Source: Nitrospiraceae bacterium
Lineage (GTDB): Bacteria; Nitrospirota; Nitrospiria; Nitrospirales; Nitrospiraceae
Length of the DNA stretch: 64,000 bases
Reading direction: 5' to 3'
Assembly: GCA_050246315.1 (NCBI GenBank)
Contig: JBFWWG010000002.1
Location: forward strand, 32,001 to 96,000
The translations under genes were made by a program, and so were the position numbers. Positions 11,176-21,043 of this stretch are shown here, piece by piece; positions within the stretch are counted from its first letter, which is position 1; each line of letters starts with the position of its first letter. The notes under the pieces were generated by a model that saw only the letters and a list, made by a program, of their open reading frames with translations, did no database searches and had not been told where the DNA came from.

Positions 11176-12030
11176 ATGAATCGGATCGGAATTCTCACGA
11201 AACCCAAGTTTCCCGATGTGGCGCAGACGCTCCGCGAGTTGTGTCTGTGGCTTCGGGATCGGGAAAAGGAGGTGTTGCTCGAAGCTTCGGCGGCGTGCCT
11301 GATCGACGAATGTCAGCCATTCGACCGGCGGAGCATTGCACAAGAGGCCGATCTGATCATCGTGCTCGGGGGCGACGGCACGATGTTGGGTGCCGCCCGC
11401 CTCGTCGCGTCGCGTAACCCGCCGATCCTGGGCGTCAATATGGGCGGGCTCGGTTTTCTCACCGAGGTGACGGTCGATCACATGTTCGAGGCATTGGAGC
11501 GGGTGTTCAACAACAACTTTGTGATCGACGAGCGACTGATGCTGTCCTCCACCATGGAGCGTGAGGGCGCCGTCATTATGGAATCCACGGCGCTGAACGA
11601 TGTCGTTATCTCCAAGGGGACCCTGGCACGGATGATCGAGATGCAGGTGGGGATCAGCGGGCAATTCGTGACCAATCTGAGAGGAGACGGGCTGATCGTC
11701 TCGACTCCGACCGGATCGACGGCCTATGCCCTCTCCGCCGGGGGACCGATCGTCAGTCCGTCCGCGTCCGCCTTCATGCTGGCGCCGATCTGTCCCCATA
11801 CGCTGACGCATCGTCCGCTCATCGTGCCGAGTACGGTCCGCATTTCGGTTTCGCTCAGCAGTAAGGACGCCGGGGCCATGGTCACGCTTGACGGGCAGGA
11901 AGGGATGGCGATGCAGAAGGGAGATGTAGTGATCATCACCGCTTCGGACCACCGGACCCATCTGATCCGATTCCCAGAGCGGACCTACTACGAAACCCTT
12001 CGATTGAAGCTCAAGTGGGGAGATGGGTGA
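11176..12030 (+). CDS. nadK: NAD kinase
   Basis: LGGDGT, GVNMGGLGFL, ALND, GDGLIVSTPTGSTAYALSAGGP. Confidence 0.97.
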   Translation: MNRIGILTKPKFPDVAQTLRELCLWLRDREKEVLLEASAACLIDECQPFDRRSIAQEADLIIVLGGDGTMLGAARLVASRNPPILGVNMGGLGFLTEVTVDHMFEALERVFNNNFVIDERLMLSSTMEREGAVIMESTALNDVVISKGTLARMIEMQVGISGQFVTNLRGDGLIVSTPTGSTAYALSAGGPIVSPSASAFMLAPICPHTLTHRPLIVPSTVRISVSLSSKDAGAMVTLDGQEGMAMQKGDVVIITASDHRTHLIRFPERTYYETLRLKLKWGDG

Positions 12031-12057
12031 GGAGTTGGGCAAACGCCTGAACGATGA

Positions 12058-13434
12058 TTATTTGGCGCGGACGGCGTGGATATGTCCAAGCATCTCCTGA
12101 TTGGTTACGTACTTGAATTCGCCAATACAGTCGCTGGGGACCTGAGATTCCTGCTCAGCCCGTTGCAGCGCCCGTAATCCGGCCGCGTCGACATAGGCGG
12201 TCCTCCGCTGGCTCAGCAAATCGGCCAGTCGCTTCATGGACGAGTCAATCGCGGTCCGCGTAATCGGGGAGCGGCTGGTGAGGAAACGACTGACCACCTC
12301 CGCGCACCACTCCCCATCTCGCTTGGCCACACCGACCAATCCCTCACTCGCTTTGCGCGCCCAGCCTGCGAGAAAGACGCCGGGCAATGCCTGGCTTGAC
12401 GCCTCATCAAATGCCTGGAAGAGGGCGTCGTCCGGCTCGTTGTTCGTCTTGTTCGGATTGGTGACGAAGCCTCCGTTCTTGTACGGAAGACCGACGGTCT
12501 CATCGACCTTGTCTCCGACGGCGAACACGACGCTGTCCACCGGAAACTCATAGTACTGTTTCAGGCCGACCGCGGCCGTATCTGCCCCCTTCGGCTCCAG
12601 CTTGGTCTCTTCCATTTCAAGCGCCCGGACCCGGTTGTGAGCGTCCACAAGCACCCGCTTGGGCGAAGCCAGAAACCGGAACCCGAATTTCGTCTCGCTG
12701 GTCTTCGGCTCGCACTTGTCACATTCCGCCAGGATGTCTTTGAGGATCGCATCGGGCTGTTGCCCGACCGCTTCGAGCCTCGGCTTGATACGCTCGAATT
12801 CCTTGGCGAGGGCTTCTTGATCAAGGTTGGCGCAAATGGCTCGGATTTCTTTGGGGTTGTATTTGCGTTCGGCTGGTCCACGGCGGGCGATGGCCGTTAC
12901 ACGCTCCACGTTCTTATAGCGGGTGAGCCAATGCGCGATATCGACCATGACATCACCGACCCCGATGACGGCGACATGTTTGCCCATGTCGAAGGGGCGA
13001 TCACCAAAACCGGGAAGTCGATTGAAATGATACACCACATCCTTCGCATGGAAGACACCCTGCGCCGAATCGCCTTCGACTCCGATGGTCTTGGTTCCCT
13101 GTGCACCCGTTGAAAAGACGATCGCGCTGGCGCCCAGCGACCGAAGCTGCTCCACGGTCAAGTCCTTGCCGACTCCGACGGAGACGTTGCCGAAATAGTG
13201 GACATTAGGCCGCTCCAGGATATCCCAATAGGTCTTCTTCAAGCCGCCTCGTAATTTGAGCTTGCTTGGGAAGATGCCGTATTCCGCAAGGCCGCCGAAC
13301 TTGATGTCGCGGTTCATGAGCACGATTTCGTGTCCGGCTTTCGACAACACGTTGGCCACGGACATGCCGGCCGGGCCTGCGCCGACCACGATGATCAGAT
13401 GTGATGCTCCGGATGAATGATGGGCCGTATTCAT
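12058..13434 (-). CDS. FAD-dependent oxidoreductase, ferredoxin/adrenodoxin-NADP+ reductase-like
   Basis: GAGPAG, GGLAEYGI, VIGVGDVMVDIA, ARRGP, LAGWARKASEG resemble FprA/adrenodoxin reductase. Confidence 0.8.
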   Translation of the reverse strand: MNTAHHSSGASHLIIVVGAGPAGMSVANVLSKAGHEIVLMNRDIKFGGLAEYGIFPSKLKLRGGLKKTYWDILERPNVHYFGNVSVGVGKDLTVEQLRSLGASAIVFSTGAQGTKTIGVEGDSAQGVFHAKDVVYHFNRLPGFGDRPFDMGKHVAVIGVGDVMVDIAHWLTRYKNVERVTAIARRGPAERKYNPKEIRAICANLDQEALAKEFERIKPRLEAVGQQPDAILKDILAECDKCEPKTSETKFGFRFLASPKRVLVDAHNRVRALEMEETKLEPKGADTAAVGLKQYYEFPVDSVVFAVGDKVDETVGLPYKNGGFVTNPNKTNNEPDDALFQAFDEASSQALPGVFLAGWARKASEGLVGVAKRDGEWCAEVVSRFLTSRSPITRTAIDSSMKRLADLLSQRRTAYVDAAGLRALQRAEQESQVPSDCIGEFKYVTNQEMLGHIHAVRAK

Positions 13435-13589
13435 ATGCGACAGCAATCCCCTTGTGCAGTTTCAGGAGTTTGATGGGAAAAAGGTAAAAGTTTTCGCGGA
13501 CTTTAGCACAGCACCTTTGGGCCTGTCAAAGGAACGGATGTGCGTCGTAGACAATCCAGGTACTTTTCGTGTCCTCTGCCCGTTGCGGG

Positions 13590-15059
13590 CTACCCGCCCG
13601 CGCTGCCGACGGGACCGCCCGGTTCCGTCATTCGCCAAGGGTCGAGCAATTCCTTGAGACGCTTTTCCTTGAGGACCTGCTTCCGCCTCGCCACCTCTCG
13701 GACGGTCTTGCCCGCTTTGTAAGCATCCTTGGAGATCTGGGCCGCCGCATCGTAGCCGATCTCCGGTGCCAATGCGGTGCACATGGCCAGACTTTGCTCG
13801 ATGGAATCGCGACAGCGGTCCTCATTGGCCTGGATGCCTTCGACGCAGCGGGCCGCGAAATTGTCGGAAGCCGTGGCGAGCAATTCGATAGATTGCAGGA
13901 GGTTGTAAGCCATGACCGGCAGCATCACCAACAGCTCAAAGTTCCCCGCCTGCCCTCCGATCGTGACGGCCACATCGTTTCCGATAACCTGCGCGCAGAC
14001 CATGGTGACGGATTCGGCGATCACCGGATTGACCTTGCCGGGCATGATCGAGGAGCCGGGCTGGGTCTCCGGGAGGCGAAGTTCTCCGAGCCCGCATCGG
14101 GGGCCTGAGCCGAGCCAGCGAATATCGTTGGCGATCTTCATCAGACTTACCGCAATCGTGCGCAGTTCTCCGCTGGCCTCGACCATGGAATCCTGGGCGG
14201 ACTGAGCCTCGAAGTGGTTCTTGGCTTCCTTGAGCCTGCAACCGATCTCCTTTGCGATGACGGCGATCACGCGACGGGCAAAATCCGGGTGAGCATTGAG
14301 ACCGGTGCCGACGGCAGTTCCACCCAAGGCCACCTCGCTCAGAGCGGCCTGTGCGTGCCTGATCCGCTCGATCCCCAATTCGATTTGGCGGGCATAGCCG
14401 CCGAACTCCTGGCCCAGGCGAACGGGCGTGGCGTCCTGTAGATGCGTGCGGCCGATCTTCACGATTGGATCGAACTCCTTGGCCTTGCGCCCCAAGGCCT
14501 TCCGCAGCCTGGTGAGTGCAGGAATGAGCTGGCGTTCCATCATTTCCACCGCGGCGATATGAATGGCGGTGGGAATCACATCGTTGCTCGATTGTCCCAG
14601 ATTCACATGATCGTTGGGGTGGACATACTTGCTTCCCCTCGCTCCCCCGAGCAATTCCGTTGCCCGGTTGGAGATCACTTCATTGGTATTCATATTGGAC
14701 GAGGTGCCGGAGCCTGTCTGGAAAATATCCACGGGAAACTCGGCGTCGAGCTTGCCCTCAACGACTTCCGTGGCAGCTTGTCTGATTGCCTCGGCCTGTG
14801 GTTTCTCGATCAGGCTAAGCGAATGGTTGACCGTCGCGGCGGCCCGTTTGATCAAACCCATGGCGCGGATGAACGAACGCGGAAACCGAAGGGAGCTGAT
14901 GGGAAAGTTTTCAATGGCGCGCGCGGTTTGCACGCCATAATAGGCCTCGGCCGGGACGGCGAGTTCACCCATCGTATCGCGCTCCATCCTGGTTGGTCCC
15001 TGGGGCGCTGGGATGCCCGTACGGTTGTTCATCGTTTGTGCGGCGCGTCGTTTCTTCAT
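13590..15059 (-). CDS. fumC: Class II fumarate hydratase
   Basis: RMERDTMGE, QTGSGTSSNMN, HPNDHVN, GRTHLQDA, GSSIMPGKVNP; start uncertain. Confidence 0.95.
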   Translation of the reverse strand: MKKRRAAQTMNNRTGIPAPQGPTRMERDTMGELAVPAEAYYGVQTARAIENFPISSLRFPRSFIRAMGLIKRAAATVNHSLSLIEKPQAEAIRQAATEVVEGKLDAEFPVDIFQTGSGTSSNMNTNEVISNRATELLGGARGSKYVHPNDHVNLGQSSNDVIPTAIHIAAVEMMERQLIPALTRLRKALGRKAKEFDPIVKIGRTHLQDATPVRLGQEFGGYARQIELGIERIRHAQAALSEVALGGTAVGTGLNAHPDFARRVIAVIAKEIGCRLKEAKNHFEAQSAQDSMVEASGELRTIAVSLMKIANDIRWLGSGPRCGLGELRLPETQPGSSIMPGKVNPVIAESVTMVCAQVIGNDVAVTIGGQAGNFELLVMLPVMAYNLLQSIELLATASDNFAARCVEGIQANEDRCRDSIEQSLAMCTALAPEIGYDAAAQISKDAYKAGKTVREVARRKQVLKEKRLKELLDPWRMTEPGGPVGSAGG

Positions 15060-15329
15060 GTCGCTGGATCCCCCCATGCTGGGCCTCATGATGCAGGCGG
15101 ATTGGGCTTGTCGTGCCATTGAAGAGCCAGGCATCTTAATCATTTGTCGGGTGGTTCACAAGACCATCGCCTGGGCGGACGCACCAAGTCGGTGAGGTTC
15201 AGGCAGGACTCGCCGACGAATAGGTCTTGAAGGATGGCTCGGATGCGCTCTCGTGTGCGCTGAAGCCTCGGCAGGGCGACGGAATTAAGTGATCGCGATA
15301 GGAGCAGAACCACAAAGTGACCAAAACAC

Positions 15330-15356
15330 GAAGGCCCGCCAGCATGGCGGGCCTTC
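15330..15356 (-). terminator. Probable terminator after hsp20
   Basis: Hairpin gaaggcccgcca-gca-tggcgggccttc followed on the minus strand by GTGTTTT. Confidence 0.65.
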
Positions 15357-15389
15357 CGTAGCCGTGCCGAACGACGAATCGACGACCGA

Positions 15390-15839
15390 TTAGGCGACCT
15401 TGACCTCGATGGCCCTAGGCTTCGCCTTCTCTGATTTCGGAAGGTGAAGGTGCAGGACCCCGTCCTGATACTCCGCCTTGATCTTGGCTTCATCGACGTA
15501 ATCCGGCACCACAAAGCTCCGCACAAACCGACCATAAGCTCGTTCGATCCGATGGAACTTTTTCCCCTTCTCCTCCTTCTCATGTTTTCGTTCGCCCTGG
15601 ATGCTGAGGACGCCCTCTTCGAGGGTGATCTTGACGTCCTCCTTCTTCACCTCCGGCAATTCCGCCTTGATGATGTACTCGCCCTCGGTCTCGCTGATAT
15701 CGACCGACGGCGTCCAGTCGGCCACCGTCATGGTTTCCTTTCCGTCGGCTTTCGCGGTGAGCGCGCGCCCGAACACGCGATTCAGACGATCCGATACCTC
15801 TTCCAATTCTCTGAATGGGTCCCACCGTACCAAATTCAT
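15390..15839 (-). CDS. Hsp20/alpha-crystallin small heat shock protein
   Basis: WDPFREL, PSVDISET, AELPEV, ERAYGRFVRSF, AEYQDGVLHLHLPK; GGAGG RBS. Confidence 0.96.
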   Translation of the reverse strand: MNLVRWDPFRELEEVSDRLNRVFGRALTAKADGKETMTVADWTPSVDISETEGEYIIKAELPEVKKEDVKITLEEGVLSIQGERKHEKEEKGKKFHRIERAYGRFVRSFVVPDYVDEAKIKAEYQDGVLHLHLPKSEKAKPRAIEVKVA

Positions 15840-16074
15840 TATCGCACCTCCTTGACTGTAAGTGTGTAGTGATTCCGATCACCGTATGTTGCAGTAGAAG
15901 ATAATCCGGCCGGTGCCATCGTCAAGGGGTGGGGTCGCGGTGGTGCAGGTTTTCTCCTTGAGTGGGGACGTTGACTCTTGAGAATAAGGTCTTATTGAAT
16001 TTGTTGGAATGAGCCTCTCAGGAAATTGGCGGCGGCTGCGCCGTTCCGGTTCGTCCGTCACACGGACGACGTGA

Positions 16075-17208
16075 TTAGCGCAGGTGGACCGGTACGTAGG
16101 GGCGGCCATGCTCTCCTGAATAGATTTGTTCGGGGCGAAAAAGTTTGTTCTCGCGCAGTTGCTCCAGCCAGTGAGCCAGCCATCCTGCCACCCTCGCAAC
16201 GGCAAAAATCGGCGTGAATAGCTCCATATCGATCCCCATCTTGTCGTAAATGATGCCTGAATAAAAATCGACATTCGGGTAGATTTGTTTGGCCTCGAAA
16301 TAGTCGCCCGCCACTTTTTCGAGTTCGACGGCGACCTGGTACAGAGGGGAAGGCCCAAACTCATCGAACAGTTGCTCGCAGAGCCGCTGAAGGATGACCG
16401 CCCGCGGATCTTTCACTTTGTACACGCGATGACCAAATCCCATCAGCCTGCCTTTGCTCTTGAGTTTCTCCTCGACATAGGTCCGGACGTGTGACGGGCG
16501 CCCGATTTCGCGGAGCATCTGGACCACTTCCTCGTTGGCGCCGCCGTGCAACGGCCCCTTCAATGCCCCGATGGATGACGCCACCACCGTGTAGGGATCG
16601 GCCAGAGTCGAAGCCGTCACCAATCCCGCGAATGTGGAAGCGTTCATTGTGTGTTCGGCGTGCAGAATCAGGCAAACCTCCAAGATATGGGCCCAGGCCT
16701 TGGGAGGTTCCTGATCAAATAGCATGGCGAGAAAATTTGCCGAGAAGCCGAGATGGTCGCGCGGCGGCACATGGTCGTCTCCGTGACGCATGCGTGCGAC
16801 GGCGGCCACGATGGTGGGAACCTTGGCGATCAGCCGAACGGAGGACCAGTAGTTATTGTCGACGTCCGCCACATTGCGGCCGGGGTAGAACATGCCGAGG
16901 GCGGCCACGGCCGCCTGCAAGGCATCCATCGGGTGCCCCGTCTCCGGCAAGCACTTGATGAGGTCGATAATCTTGAACTTAATGCGGCGATGATGGGTGA
17001 TATCGTCGATAAACCGGCTCAAGTCCTGTTCAACAGGTAGACGTCCGAACAACAGGAGGTAGGAGGTTTCGAGGAACGAGGAGTTGGCACAGAGGTCCTC
17101 CACGCGGATGCCCCGGTATTCCAAGACGCCCTTTTGGCCGTCCACATCGCTGATCGCGGATTTGGCGGCGGGAACTCCGGCCAGGCCCGGCATGAAATCA
17201 TGCGCCAT
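16075..17208 (-). CDS. gltA: Citrate synthase
   Basis: PGLAGV, HAEHTMNASTF, GPLHGGANE, GFGHRVYKVKDPRA, PNVDFY. Confidence 0.95.
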   Translation of the reverse strand: MAHDFMPGLAGVPAAKSAISDVDGQKGVLEYRGIRVEDLCANSSFLETSYLLLFGRLPVEQDLSRFIDDITHHRRIKFKIIDLIKCLPETGHPMDALQAAVAALGMFYPGRNVADVDNNYWSSVRLIAKVPTIVAAVARMRHGDDHVPPRDHLGFSANFLAMLFDQEPPKAWAHILEVCLILHAEHTMNASTFAGLVTASTLADPYTVVASSIGALKGPLHGGANEEVVQMLREIGRPSHVRTYVEEKLKSKGRLMGFGHRVYKVKDPRAVILQRLCEQLFDEFGPSPLYQVAVELEKVAGDYFEAKQIYPNVDFYSGIIYDKMGIDMELFTPIFAVARVAGWLAHWLEQLRENKLFRPEQIYSGEHGRPYVPVHLR

Positions 17209-17424
17209 GGTTGTCTCCTATCTATCATGTATCCTTCCAGTCGATGCCAATCGCGCTGCCGGAAGGTGACGCCGGCGCGATCTGCCCTCATTATGCCGCC
17301 CGGCCGGGGCTCTGTCGAGTATTCGCCGCCGCGATACATCGCCGACCACTCGTTCCGCGACCTTGCAAAGGCCCGAAGCGATTGGCATACTGAATATACG
17401 TAGGCATGAAAGCCTGGACAGGGG

Positions 17425-17688
17425 ATGCTCGATCCGGCCATGAAGGAAATGAGGATTCTCGTCGTGACGGTGCTGGGTCTGGTGCTGGTCGCAGTCGTGG
17501 CCTTCTTGTGGATGCGTCAGGAGCCGCGACCGCTTCCACGCATGGTGTCACCCTTGGGACAGGCCCTCCCCTCCTCTTCACGGGTCGGGACCAGCGCCTT
17601 GAGCCACGGTGGTCCGGTTCCCGAATCGCTTCGGAATCCATCTCGAAGGGTGAACGGACCGAGCGCTCAGAGTGAAGAGGGCCCCTGA
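17425..17688 (+). CDS. Small hypothetical membrane protein
   Basis: Single hydrophobic segment (ILVVTVLGLVLVAVVAFLW) and low-complexity tail; start uncertain. Confidence 0.5.
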   Translation: MLDPAMKEMRILVVTVLGLVLVAVVAFLWMRQEPRPLPRMVSPLGQALPSSSRVGTSALSHGGPVPESLRNPSRRVNGPSAQSEEGP

Positions 17689-17720
17689 TTGGGCACAAGA
17701 AAGGAAACGGCGACCGGCTG

Positions 17721-18140
17721 ATGGAGAGGACGCGGATGATGCTGATGAAACCTGCTTGTGCCGGCTGGGGAAGACTCTTGCTCCTCGTCGTAACCATCGG
17801 TGCCGCCGATTTTGCTCTGGCGCAGGACGGGGAGTTACAACTATTCGCCGTCGTCACCAAACCTCCCAAAGATAAGGCGGCGGTGACCGCACAGGTTGTG
17901 ATCGAGGGGATCGTGAGCGAGACCAAGTTGATTCCAAGCGAGCGAGTGTTGGGCAATCCGGTCTGGCGGACGCTCGAAATGTGTCATTCACTGAAGGCCG
18001 AGGTCAAAAAACTCGCCGAGGGCTACCAGGTGCTGTCTGTGCGGATTCTGGATGCGTCCATGTTGCCGATGAATTTGCAAAGCACCGCGGGAGACTGCTT
18101 GATCCAGAAGGCTATCGAAGTGGCGCCGCTCGTGGATTAG
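17721..18140 (+). CDS. Hypothetical exported protein
   Basis: Signal-peptide-like N-terminus ending ALA-Q; two Cys in the mature part; no family recognised. Confidence 0.7.
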   Translation: MERTRMMLMKPACAGWGRLLLLVVTIGAADFALAQDGELQLFAVVTKPPKDKAAVTAQVVIEGIVSETKLIPSERVLGNPVWRTLEMCHSLKAEVKKLAEGYQVLSVRILDASMLPMNLQSTAGDCLIQKAIEVAPLVD

Positions 18141-18239
18141 AACCGCGCTGAGTGCCGAGGAATCAGCGCTGAGTGGAGAGATCCCAAGACCGTTTCAGCA
18201 CCAACGCGCATCCAGCGCCTATCATTCAGCACTTCTCGC

Positions 18240-18617
18240 TCAGCCCTGAGGTCGGCATTCGGGGCAGTCGGTTGGTTCAGCGTCCTTTCGATACTCATCC
18301 GTCGTCAGCGGAAACAGTTGTTCACAGCGACCACACTGCCGGATTTCAAAATAGGCCACCCCTTTCTCGTCGATTTCCGTCGGCAGCAACAATTCCACGG
18401 GGTCGTATCCGATCATGACTCCGTCTTGAAATTTCACGACGGCCAGGCGGACGTTAAACAATTCGAAGATGGCTTCCTGCCCCTTGCGCTCGTTGAGATG
18501 GCCGAGCACGAACACCGGTTGGCCCTTGCGTTTGGTCCGAAGTTCCCGTAACGTGCGCTGGCCGGGCGCGGCGACGGCAAAACAGCCGGTTGAACTGGTT
18601 CCCGCCGAGATGATCAT
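18240..18617 (-). CDS. Hypothetical protein with C-terminal zinc ribbon
   Basis: CGRC...CPEC motif at the C-terminus. Confidence 0.7.
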   Translation of the reverse strand: MIISAGTSSTGCFAVAAPGQRTLRELRTKRKGQPVFVLGHLNERKGQEAIFELFNVRLAVVKFQDGVMIGYDPVELLLPTEIDEKGVAYFEIRQCGRCEQLFPLTTDEYRKDAEPTDCPECRPQG

Positions 18618-18730
18618 GGATGCCTCTTTTTACCGACCTGAGCTGGAGCCGGGTAACGTGCACAGGATGTAACAACCGGGATCGGAAGGTCAAGACGGTC
18701 CGGAGTTCCCTTTTTGTGAAGGACAATGCC

Positions 18731-19093
18731 ATGGCGAAGATTACCATCTACCAGAAACCCACCTGCTCGACCTGCCGCCAGGCTTTGCGGATGATTCGGG
18801 AAAGCGGGGCCGACTATTCGTCCGTGAATTATTACGAAACACCCTTTACCAAGGCTCAGCTCAAGGGTCTCCTGAAACGCGCCGGACTGAACGCGAAGGA
18901 TGTGCTTCGCACCAAAGAAGACATCTATCAGCAACTCAAGCTGGCCGAGCGTCAGTTCTCCGACGACGAACTGATCGACCTGATGCTGAAGCATCCCGAT
19001 CTCATCCAACGTCCTCTCGTCCAAAAGGGAGAAAAGGTACTGCTGGCAAGGCCCGCCGAATCCGTTCAGGAACTCCTGTCCCCGTCCGGATAA
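18731..19093 (+). CDS. ArsC/Spx-family thioredoxin-fold protein
   Basis: MAKITIYQKPTCSTCRQA...HPDLIQRPLV; start reassigned to ATG 18731. Confidence 0.9.
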   Translation: MAKITIYQKPTCSTCRQALRMIRESGADYSSVNYYETPFTKAQLKGLLKRAGLNAKDVLRTKEDIYQQLKLAERQFSDDELIDLMLKHPDLIQRPLVQKGEKVLLARPAESVQELLSPSG

Positions 19094-20274
19094 CAGATCA
19101 CCTGCCCGGAGTCCGCTGAGATTCGAAGCGAGGTTCGGCCCTCCAGCACCGAAAGGATTAGGTCTCCGGCGATCGTTCTCCGCCAACCTTCGAGAAGCGG
19201 CACGGTCGAAGTGGTACCGGTCGCCCGCTCTTCCACGATTTTCTGGAGGTCGCCGGCCGTGGCCAGCAACGTTGGCGCGATCCCAAGGGCTGCGGCGCGG
19301 GCCTTGAGGGTGGCTTGCAGCAATTCGATCTGTCCGGCGGATTCCGGTTCGGGCTTGCGGTCACGCGGAACGTCCGGCCATTCGCTGGCAGGCAGCGTCA
19401 AGGCCTGCGCGATTATCGCGAGAATCGCCTCGCTGCTCCGCGCGACTTCCTGAGGAGGGAATCCTCGGATTTCCCGTAGCTCGGTCTGGCGCTTGGGAGC
19501 TTGTCGGGCGACTTGCAACAGGACCTCATCTCGTAGCACGCGTCCGCGCGGCACATTGCGACGGCGCGCTTCCGTCTCCCGCCAGGCTGTCAGTTCCCTC
19601 AAGACCGCCGCCTGGCGAGGCTTCAGGCTGTCCCAACCCCGTATCCGCTGATACCGTTCTCGGCTGGTCTGCTCGCGCTCCACAACCAACGTACCGAGCC
19701 GGTCGAATTCCTCCTGCACCCATTCGAGCCGGCCGAGCGATTGCAGCCGCCGGAGAAGTTCGTCGTGGATGGGCAACAGGTACCGGACGTCCGCCAGTGC
19801 ATAGGCAATCTGGTCGTGCGACAAGGGACGCTGGCTCCAGTTGGTGAACGTGTGTGACTTCTCCAGTTTGGCTCCCTGCGTACGCTGCACCAGTTGAGCA
19901 TAGGCGATCTGGGCGCCGAACCCGAGCATGGAGGCGGCGATCTGCGTATCAAAAAACGGGCGCGGAAGCTGGCCTACGTAGGTGGCAAGGAGTTCCAGAT
20001 CCTGCCGGCCCGCGTGGACGATTTTCTCGATCTTCGTCGAGCAGAGGATCTCGCATAGACGAGGCAGCGCCTGGCACTGTTGCAACGCCGGAAAATCCAA
20101 TACCACTTGGAGATCGGCCGTGCTCAACTGGATCAGTTCGAGCCGGGGAACGAAGCTGTCCTCCCCGATGAACTCCGTGTCGATCCCGAGGCGTGTACAG
20201 GATTCAAGCAGGTCGCACAGCCTGCTAAGAGCCTGTTCATCGCTGATATAGTGCGGGAGGTGTCGGTGCGGCAC
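19066..20274 (-). CDS. rnd: Ribonuclease D
   Basis: GIDTEF, HAGRQDL, FDTQIAA, WSQRPLS..QIAYALADV, HRDC (WRETEARRRNVP). Confidence 0.95.
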   Translation of the reverse strand: MPHRHLPHYISDEQALSRLCDLLESCTRLGIDTEFIGEDSFVPRLELIQLSTADLQVVLDFPALQQCQALPRLCEILCSTKIEKIVHAGRQDLELLATYVGQLPRPFFDTQIAASMLGFGAQIAYAQLVQRTQGAKLEKSHTFTNWSQRPLSHDQIAYALADVRYLLPIHDELLRRLQSLGRLEWVQEEFDRLGTLVVEREQTSRERYQRIRGWDSLKPRQAAVLRELTAWRETEARRRNVPRGRVLRDEVLLQVARQAPKRQTELREIRGFPPQEVARSSEAILAIIAQALTLPASEWPDVPRDRKPEPESAGQIELLQATLKARAAALGIAPTLLATAGDLQKIVEERATGTTSTVPLLEGWRRTIAGDLILSVLEGRTSLRISADSGQVICYPDGDRSS

Positions 20275-20277
20275 TGG

Positions 20278-20919
20278 TTACTCGGTTGGGCGGAAGGGGG
20301 CGTCAGCATGCCGCGGAGGTTCGACGTTGCTGAGGCTCAGTGATTCTTTCAAAAATTGATACGCTTCGATGATCCGCCGCAGTTCCGGCTCCGCGCTGCG
20401 ATCCCCTTCCCGCGCATCGGGGTGAAGGTCCTTGGCCCGCTGCCGGAATGCGCGTGTGACTTTCAACAAGGAGGCGCCATCTTCCAGTCCTAGGATGTCG
20501 TAGGCTTCACTCATAGTCCGAACCTCGCCCGTCGGCCTCGTCCCATCCCAGGAATTGCCCCCTCCGCCGGCGGCCTTTAGGAAATCGGCGAGGTTGATCC
20601 GCCGGCGCCGGCGACGGGGCCGCTCTCGGACTTCGCTGTCGAGATCATCCCAACGATCCTCAACGAATTCAAGCCGGGCTTCTAACCGGATGGCGTGGGA
20701 CAAATCGCAAACCAAGGGAAGCTCGGCATCGATCATGTCCAGCGAGTGGCCGATCTCCTCCAAGGCCTGTTCGACCTGAAAAAAGCTATCAACTCGCTCC
20801 TCCATCATGTGATCGACCGCAAATTCCAAGCTGTCCGTTGTTCTGGTGCGAAGCACCTCGATCCGGCGGCGCATGCCGTCCTGATAGCGCAGGACCTTGC
20901 GTTGATTAAAGGGCATCAC
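20278..20919 (-). CDS. J-domain protein (C-terminal DnaJ domain)
   Basis: AYDILGL...AFRQRAKDLHPD...IIEAYQFL; coiled-coil N-terminus. Confidence 0.88.
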   Translation of the reverse strand: MMPFNQRKVLRYQDGMRRRIEVLRTRTTDSLEFAVDHMMEERVDSFFQVEQALEEIGHSLDMIDAELPLVCDLSHAIRLEARLEFVEDRWDDLDSEVRERPRRRRRRINLADFLKAAGGGGNSWDGTRPTGEVRTMSEAYDILGLEDGASLLKVTRAFRQRAKDLHPDAREGDRSAEPELRRIIEAYQFLKESLSLSNVEPPRHADAPFRPTE

Positions 20920-21043
20920 TGGTCCGCAATTAGTTCACAAGCACCGGTCAATGGAGGAAGGAATCTTAGCATATCTCTCAGGATCGGCGCAGTGAGTGGA
21001 TGCCGACGGGTGACCTTGTGCCGGGAATGAGTCCAGGGGGAGG

